The position numbers were made by a program, and so were the translations under genes. A stretch of DNA of 20,470 nucleotides from Candidatus Aenigmatarchaeota archaeon (lineage in GTDB: Archaea > Aenigmatarchaeota > Aenigmatarchaeia > Aenigmatarchaeales > JACQIB01), in assembly GCA_038999215.1 (NCBI GenBank), contig JAWABM010000011.1, positions 2,333-22,802 on the forward strand. The letters run 5' to 3'. Below the pieces are notes generated by a model, which was not told the origin of the DNA, did no database searches, and was given only the letters and a program-made list of their open reading frames with translations. Positions 15,306 to 20,470 of the stretch are shown here, piece after piece; within the stretch, counting starts at the first letter, position 1, and every line of letters begins with the position of its first letter.

Positions 15306-15689
15306 ATGAGCACCACGAAATCTTCCATCAAGCTTCTCAAGCCCGGCAAATATTGCGTGATAGACGGCGAGCCCTGCAAGGTGCTGTCCGTATCCATCTC
15401 GGCGCCCGGCAAGCACGGAGGCGCAAAGGCGAGGCTGGACGCGATAGGCATATTTGACGAGAGGAAGCGCTCCATTGTCAAGCCCGCCGATACCGAAATA
15501 GACGTGCCCATCGTCGAAAAGAAGACCGCCCAGGTCGTGGCAATAACAGGCGACATGGCCCAGCTCATGGACATGGAGACTTATGAGACATTCGACATGA
15601 AGATACCAGAGGAGCTCAAAGGCAGGATACAGCAGGGGGCTGAAACGACCTACTGGATAATCCTCGGGAGGAAGCTGCTCGTCGGTTAG
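15306..15689 (+). CDS. eif5a: Translation factor aIF5A
   Basis: Hypusine loop PGKHGGAKAR; IDGEPC; QLMDMETYETF. Confidence 0.97.
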   Translation: MSTTKSSIKLLKPGKYCVIDGEPCKVLSVSISAPGKHGGAKARLDAIGIFDERKRSIVKPADTEIDVPIVEKKTAQVVAITGDMAQLMDMETYETFDMKIPEELKGRIQQGAETTYWIILGRKLLVG

Positions 15690-15720
15690 CTATAAATCGT
15701 TTCTTTGCCAAGTGTTTCTT

Positions 15721-15942
15721 ATGTGGAAAGCCGTCTTGTGGCTGGTTTTTTTGGCGGTCGTGGCAGCGGCAATCTATAATTACATTGGCTCTGCCGATGT
15801 CCCGTCCGCTGGGGCGACAGGCTTCTTCGCAAAGGCTGGCTCCGAAGTGAAGGTCTTAGCAGGCCAGGTGCTCGGCGAGATCGTAAAGTTCGTCCTTTCC
15901 GGCCTCAAGGCAGGTGCGATGGCCGCTTTAAACAGCCAATAG
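15721..15942 (+). CDS. Small protein with N-terminal TM or signal helix (73 aa)
   Basis: MWK followed by a hydrophobic helix; TATAAAT upstream. GTG at 15712 is an alternative start. Confidence 0.7.
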   Translation: MWKAVLWLVFLAVVAAAIYNYIGSADVPSAGATGFFAKAGSEVKVLAGQVLGEIVKFVLSGLKAGAMAALNSQ

Positions 15943-16320
15943 TGCGGAGAATATCCTGTTAGAGTCCATTTCCTGCATTCCTGGAAAGGGCAAGAGCGTC
16001 GCGATGATTAATACTACAAAAACGGCCGATAACAGCCAAAGCGCTTCGCTTCCCGACAAGCTGTAAAGCATCCCGAAATAGAGCGCGCAGAAGAGCGGGA
16101 TTATGAACGCCGCCATGATTATCAGGTAATCCTGTATCATGCTCGCAGGCGCATGCGTGACTCCTATCGAGAAGCCTGAAAGGCCGTTGCCCGCGTCGCT
16201 GAAGGTTATGCTAGGGTTCAGGCCGAAGCTGGCCGCCGCCATGTAGTGCCCTCCTTCGTGGGCAAGCACGAAGAGCATGCCGGCGATCGTTATGATAAGC
16301 ATCTTGCCCGCCAGTTTCAT
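15928..16320 (-). CDS. Minimal membrane zinc metalloprotease, M50/site-2-protease-like (130 aa)
   Basis: HEGGH at the end of TM1; distal LLPFPG....D resembles NxxPxxxxDG. Start trimmed to ATG 16320. Confidence 0.75.
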   Translation of the reverse strand: MKLAGKMLIITIAGMLFVLAHEGGHYMAAASFGLNPSITFSDAGNGLSGFSIGVTHAPASMIQDYLIIMAAFIIPLFCALYFGMLYSLSGSEALWLLSAVFVVLIIATLLPFPGMQEMDSNRIFSALLAV

Positions 16321-16437
16321 GATTAAAGTCAGTAAAGGTGGCGATTTAAAGCCCTCATTAAATAAAACAAGGTTAACTAAGGAAAGGAAACACCACTCTT
16401 TGATATATTTAAATAAGTTCTTGCCCAAATTAATGGC

Positions 16438-16653
16438 ATGAGGAAGGCCGGAAAGAACGGCGCAGCGGAGAGTTTCTTTATGTATTTCTCTTCCATAGTA
16501 GCGGTGCTGCTGATAGCATCGCTGGCATTTCCGAGCTCTGTCCTGCCCAACGCAGAATCCGGCAACGTGCACCTTTCGTCTGGTCTTTTCATCATATTGG
16601 CTCTCTCGATGTTCTTGTATTTCATGACGAAGGAGAGGGGGTTCAAATTATGA
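16438..16653 (+). CDS. Small 2-TM membrane protein (71 aa)
   Basis: Two hydrophobic helices; TATTTAAATA box about 23-32 nt upstream. Confidence 0.75.
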   Translation: MRKAGKNGAAESFFMYFSSIVAVLLIASLAFPSSVLPNAESGNVHLSSGLFIILALSMFLYFMTKERGFKL

Positions 16654-16802
16654 ACGAGCTCGTGCTGGTCGCCTTAGGCTTCGGCGGGATTGCGGTTTCG
16701 GTCGTATTGCTTGCCTACATAAGGAACGAGAAAGGCAAGCTCAGGAAATCCGTCCTCGAATACGAGAAGATAAAGAAGAAGCTTGACGAAAACGGGGACT
16801 GA
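16650..16802 (+). CDS. 50-aa single-pass membrane protein (absent from ORF track)
   Basis: Manual translation: MNELVLVALGFGGIAVSVVLLAYIRNEKGKLRKSVLEYEKIKKKLDENGD; ATGA overlap with upstream gene; GAGGGGG RBS; fills the gap exactly. Confidence 0.8.
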   Translation: MNELVLVALGFGGIAVSVVLLAYIRNEKGKLRKSVLEYEKIKKKLDENGD

Positions 16803-16806
16803 TGCA

Positions 16807-17358
16807 ATGGACAGGATAATTGTTTTCTCTCTCGCTGTTATTGCAATCAACATAGCGGTTTTTCTCCTCGTGCCGGCTGGTGACATATCGCTTTCGTTCG
16901 CGGACTTCCGTCCGCAGGCGCTCTTCCTTTTCCAGTTCATGCACTTCAATGCGACGCATCTCATAGAGAATGTTGCCGGCCTGCTGCTCGTGGCGCTCAT
17001 AGCGGCAGAGCTCGAAATGAAGTTCGAGAGCTTCCTTGTTTCCTATTTTGTCGGCGTCTTCATAGCCGTGCCGATGCTGGCGTTCTTTCCGGACGCTATA
17101 ATAGCCGGAAACTCGACTGGCATATACAGCGTGCTTGCGGCCGCCTTGGTGAAGGCCAGGAACTTCGTGCCGCAGAAGATAAGCCTTCCGCTTTTCGCCA
17201 TGTTCATATTTTCCCTTTCAATAGCAAACTTTTTTATGTGCGGACCGTGCGTAAATAGGTTATTGAAGACGGACATGTTCCACTTTTCCGGCTTCGCCAG
17301 CGGGATTGCCTCGAGGTACCGCAGGACCGGTGCCAAAAGGCTGCTGAGGTGCGATTGA
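16807..17358 (+). CDS. Rhomboid-family intramembrane serine protease
   Basis: FMHFNATHLIEN, catalytic GNSTG and FHFSGFASG; multiple TM helices. Confidence 0.85.
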   Translation: MDRIIVFSLAVIAINIAVFLLVPAGDISLSFADFRPQALFLFQFMHFNATHLIENVAGLLLVALIAAELEMKFESFLVSYFVGVFIAVPMLAFFPDAIIAGNSTGIYSVLAAALVKARNFVPQKISLPLFAMFIFSLSIANFFMCGPCVNRLLKTDMFHFSGFASGIASRYRRTGAKRLLRCD

Positions 17359-18068
17359 TGAGGGTTGAAACGGGGATCAAGGGCTTGGATGAGATGCTTA
17401 ACGGGGGGTTCCTGCCGGGCAAGGTCATGCTCGTTTCCGGCCCTGCCGGCACTGGCAAGACCACCTTTGCCATGCATTTTGTCTTCGCCGGGACGAAGAA
17501 AGGCGAGCATTGCCTGTTCATCACGTTGGAGCAGAACAAGAGGAAGATGATAGAGGACATGCTTTCTGTAGGGATGGACGTCAAGGGCAACAGGAAGCTC
17601 ACCATCATCGGCGGTTCGCTTGCCGACATAATGAGGTTCCAGCAGAAGGTCAAGGCCAAGCCGCAGGATTTTCTCGATGAGATAGCCGAGATAGTGAAGA
17701 AAAACAGCGTAAAAAGGGTCGCAATAGATTCTTCGAATCTTTTCCTCATGCTGTTCAAGAACGACGAGGAGAGAAGGAATGCGCTCCTTGCTCTTGCCGA
17801 GATGCTGAGCAGTTTGGGCTGTACGACCCTGCTGACCTCCGAGGTCAGGAACGGCACCCGCGACATGAGCTGGTACGGCTTCGAGGAGTTCGTCGTGGAC
17901 GGCGTTATAACGCTGACGAACGACATCTCTTTCGACAACTATTACAAGAATGCGATAGCCGTCAGGAAGATGAGGGGCAGCTCTCACAACAAATCGGTCG
18001 TCGAGTACAAGATAACCGACAAGGGGATAGTGGTCTTTCCGGATTCGGCCATAAAGAGAAGGGTATAA
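17358..18068 (+). CDS. KaiC/RAD55-like ATPase (second paralogue)
   Basis: TGIKGLDEML, Walker A GPAGTGKT, VAIDS, EEFVVDG, RKMRG; TGATG coupling to the rhomboid gene; GAGGTG RBS. Confidence 0.92.
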   Translation: MRVETGIKGLDEMLNGGFLPGKVMLVSGPAGTGKTTFAMHFVFAGTKKGEHCLFITLEQNKRKMIEDMLSVGMDVKGNRKLTIIGGSLADIMRFQQKVKAKPQDFLDEIAEIVKKNSVKRVAIDSSNLFLMLFKNDEERRNALLALAEMLSSLGCTTLLTSEVRNGTRDMSWYGFEEFVVDGVITLTNDISFDNYYKNAIAVRKMRGSSHNKSVVEYKITDKGIVVFPDSAIKRRV

Positions 18069-18110
18069 GCCCTGAAAATCTTTATTTATTAGGTTCTGTT
18101 ATAACTTTAT

Positions 18111-19496
18111 GTGGTAAAGTTGGACAGATATGCCAAGGTTCTTGCCGGAGTATTGAAGAAGGTGAAGCCCAGCCCTGCCGAGGAGAAGGAAATGGAGGGG
18201 GTGATGGGCAGCGTGGTGGCTGTCGCCAGGAAGCATGCCAATCCCATGGTCTGTGGCTCCTCTGTCAAGGGCACCTGGCTTTCCGGAAGGAACGAGCTTG
18301 ACCTCTTCCTGCTCTATCCTCCGGCGCTTCCGAGGAAGCAGCTCGAGGAGAAGGGCGTGGCCGCTGCCAAGGCCATAGTCAAGGAGCTGGGCGGCACGTT
18401 CGTAATCGCCTATGCCGAGCATCCTTACGTGAGGGGGAAGATAAGCGTTAATGGCAAGGCCTTCGACATCGATGTCGTGCCGTGCTATGATGTGAAGGAC
18501 CCGGCCAAGATAAAGTCTGCTGTCGACCGCACCCCCCACCACGTGCGCTTCGTCAACGCCAACATAGGCAGGAAGGGCGACGAGGTGCGCCTGCTGAAGC
18601 AGTTCTGCAAGGGCATAGGCGTTTACGGGGCGGACACGAGGACACAGGGCATCTCGGGCTACATCTGCGAGCTGCTTATACTGGCTTATGGCAGCTTCGA
18701 GGCTGTGCTGCGCGAGGCTTCAAACTGGCGGCCGCCTCATGCCGTTGGAAAAGGCGCAGAAAAATTCGACAGCCCGCTCGTCATCATAGACCCGGTTGAT
18801 TCGAACAGAAACGCGGCAGCCGCGGTGTCCGCGGAAAACTTTTCGCGGTTCGTGTTCGAAGCGCGGCGGTTTATGAAAAATCCAAACGAACGATTCTTTT
18901 TCCCAAAAATCAAGAAGCTCACCAAGGCGGACATCGATAAACTTGTTTGGCGCGGCACGCAGTGGCTTGCCATAGTCGCGCCGCGACCGGACGTAATCGA
19001 CGACGTCCTGTGGCCGCAAATGAGGCGCGCAAGGCACCGCCTGGTCAAGGAACTCGAGCAGAGCGAGTTCCACGTCATGCGCTCATTTGAGTGGGCGAGC
19101 GAAAATGAGGATGGAAAGGGTGAATTAGCTCTTGTCTTCGAAATGGAAGTTTGGACTTTGCCTCCCGTGCAACGCATGCACGGACCACCTATCACGGCGC
19201 ATGATCATTCCGCGCGATTCCTGGAAAAATACGGAAAACCGCGGTTCGGTCCTTTTGTAGACGGCCAGGGATGCTGGTTCATAGAAAAGGACAGAACATT
19301 CACCACCGCCGGCCAGCTACTTAAGGCGTTCCTTAGACGGCCTGCGATAAGGCTTGAAGAGTCGGGCATTCCAAATTTCATTGCGGCAGCGATGGCGAAG
19401 CATCGCTTGCTCGAAGGGCGTAAATTCTGGGCGTGGGTCCAAAAATCCGACATCTCAGAACTGATGTGGAAAAAATACATGAAGAAGCTCCAGTAG
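18111..19496 (+). CDS. cca: Class I CCA-adding enzyme
   Basis: GSSVKGTWL..ELDLF, YAEHPY, DVVPC, SAVDRTP.H, GVYGA, SGYICELL, DPVD.NRNAAAA. Confidence 0.96.
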   Translation: MVKLDRYAKVLAGVLKKVKPSPAEEKEMEGVMGSVVAVARKHANPMVCGSSVKGTWLSGRNELDLFLLYPPALPRKQLEEKGVAAAKAIVKELGGTFVIAYAEHPYVRGKISVNGKAFDIDVVPCYDVKDPAKIKSAVDRTPHHVRFVNANIGRKGDEVRLLKQFCKGIGVYGADTRTQGISGYICELLILAYGSFEAVLREASNWRPPHAVGKGAEKFDSPLVIIDPVDSNRNAAAAVSAENFSRFVFEARRFMKNPNERFFFPKIKKLTKADIDKLVWRGTQWLAIVAPRPDVIDDVLWPQMRRARHRLVKELEQSEFHVMRSFEWASENEDGKGELALVFEMEVWTLPPVQRMHGPPITAHDHSARFLEKYGKPRFGPFVDGQGCWFIEKDRTFTTAGQLLKAFLRRPAIRLEESGIPNFIAAAMAKHRLLEGRKFWAWVQKSDISELMWKKYMKKLQ

Positions 19497-19631
19497 GTTT
19501 TGCTCTAAAACTGAATCAATTGCAGAAGCTTCAAAATGCGCCTAACTCATGCGATCTATCAGGTTCGGAATCAGGCTTGCCGCTCTTAATTTGCAGCATT
19601 ATGATCCTCGCTTCGAACTTTCGAAAGGTAC

Positions 19632-19937
19632 CTATCGCACAATCTTCCCGTGCGAAGACGACGCGATTATCCAATCTTCTCCTGCTCCGACGATGTCTCC
19701 GCCAACGGCTTCGCATGTGCGCTTTATCCTTTCGAGTGCGCGCTTCAGCTCAGCTATGTTCTTTTCGCGCAGCTCCTTTACGCGTATCAGCATGATCGCG
19801 CCTTCGCGCAGCTTCCGCTGTATCCTGTCCGAGTCGGCATATTCAGAAAGCCGCTCGACCTCTATAGGGACCTTTGCCCTCCGCTCTTCCTCCGGCTCGA
19901 GCTCGATGTAATCATCCGCCTTGTCGAATATGCCCAT
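19632..19937 (-). CDS. sepF: Cell division protein SepF (archaeal type)
   Basis: MGIFDK amphipathic start, DYIEL, LREG, ELKRA, GGDIVG. Confidence 0.9.
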   Translation of the reverse strand: MGIFDKADDYIELEPEEERRAKVPIEVERLSEYADSDRIQRKLREGAIMLIRVKELREKNIAELKRALERIKRTCEAVGGDIVGAGEDWIIASSSHGKIVR

Positions 19938-20013
19938 GATAGTAATGCGCAACGAAAATTCTTAAGCATGTGATTTCGCAGCTTTTCGGAAGCGGTTTAA
20001 ATGCGCTTTGCGC

Positions 20014-20469
20014 TTAGAAGCGCTTTCTGCTGAAAATCAAATAAGAACCGACTGCCAGGCCTATGACAGGTATTATTATTATATCGAGCGGCAGCTTTGG
20101 AACGGACGGCTGCTCCTCCACGCCGCACTTCCTTTTTTCCACATGAGGCACGCATTTGTAATTCTCATCGCATGACATGGCTATGCGCGACTGCTCGCCG
20201 TTCATGCACTCAGACCATTCGCCTGAAACGCAAACTGCTTGGCACTGCAGCGACATAGAGACCGCGACGGTTGCGAACGTCGACAATCCGGTCGATGCTG
20301 CGCTGAAATAGTAATTTTCGGCATCCTCACCCACCGGAGTAGTCTCTAGCTCTTCCCATTCGCCGCCATCGGCGCGGTGCGCCAGCGTGACTGTAGACGG
20401 GTCGACTGCATTTTCCGCCACCCAGTCCTTGCCGACCTTAAACTGCACCGAAACATTCTCAATGTTCCC
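20014..20469 (-). CDS. PGF-pre-PGF-domain surface protein, 5'-truncated by the window edge
   Basis: FKVGKDWV..W.ELET..YYFSA.STGLSTFA, then a 6-Cys module, a TM helix and basic tail SRKRF; frame open to the window end. Confidence 0.85.
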   Translation of the reverse strand, partial: GNIENVSVQFKVGKDWVAENAVDPSTVTLAHRADGGEWEELETTPVGEDAENYYFSAASTGLSTFATVAVSMSLQCQAVCVSGEWSECMNGEQSRIAMSCDENYKCVPHVEKRKCGVEEQPSVPKLPLDIIIIPVIGLAVGSYLIFSRKRF

Positions 20470-20470
20470 G

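Noticed and set aside
16438..16480. Possible class III (pilin) signal peptide KNG/AAES
   Set aside because: It does not fit the [KR][GA] cleavage consensus, and the protein has a second TM helix.
18280..18310. ELD instead of DxD in the CCA enzyme active site
   Set aside because: ExD occurs in active archaeal class I CCA enzymes.
19502..19511. GTTTTAGAGC on the minus strand, identical to the start of a type II-A CRISPR repeat
   Set aside because: A single 10-mer with no array or cas genes; it forms a small GTTTT/AAAAC hairpin after the cca stop.
19531..19599. 22-aa minus-strand ORF (MLQIKSGK...) with a GAGG upstream, after sepF
   Set aside because: Too short and featureless to support.

Overview
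Gene-dense archaeal chromosomal segment, most consistent with a DPANN-type archaeon (taxonomy inferred from gene content, not verified). It has about 31 CDS and no convincing tRNA, rRNA, CRISPR array or mobile element. Housekeeping genes are argS, rpl35Ae, tfb, aIF5A, cca, sepF and a histone. Three uncharacterised modules lie between them. (1) 2.5-6.3 kb: EhpF/PaaK-like adenylate-forming enzyme, transglutaminase-like protein, GNAT, V4R protein and KaiC-like ATPase. (2) 7.1-13.3 kb: a divergent locus with a membrane protein, a 558-aa helical protein, a metal-binding TIM barrel and an MNT-HEPN fusion on one side, and twin paralogues plus a putative anchor protein on the other. (3) 15.7-18.1 kb: two intramembrane proteases, three tiny membrane proteins (one missing from the ORF track) and a second KaiC-like ATPase. 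Also notable: a histone lacking its tetramerisation residues, a structured 5' leader on a TudS-like gene, two 34-bp bidirectional promoters, and a codon-usage break inside cca. All family calls rest on motif recognition by eye; no searches were run.
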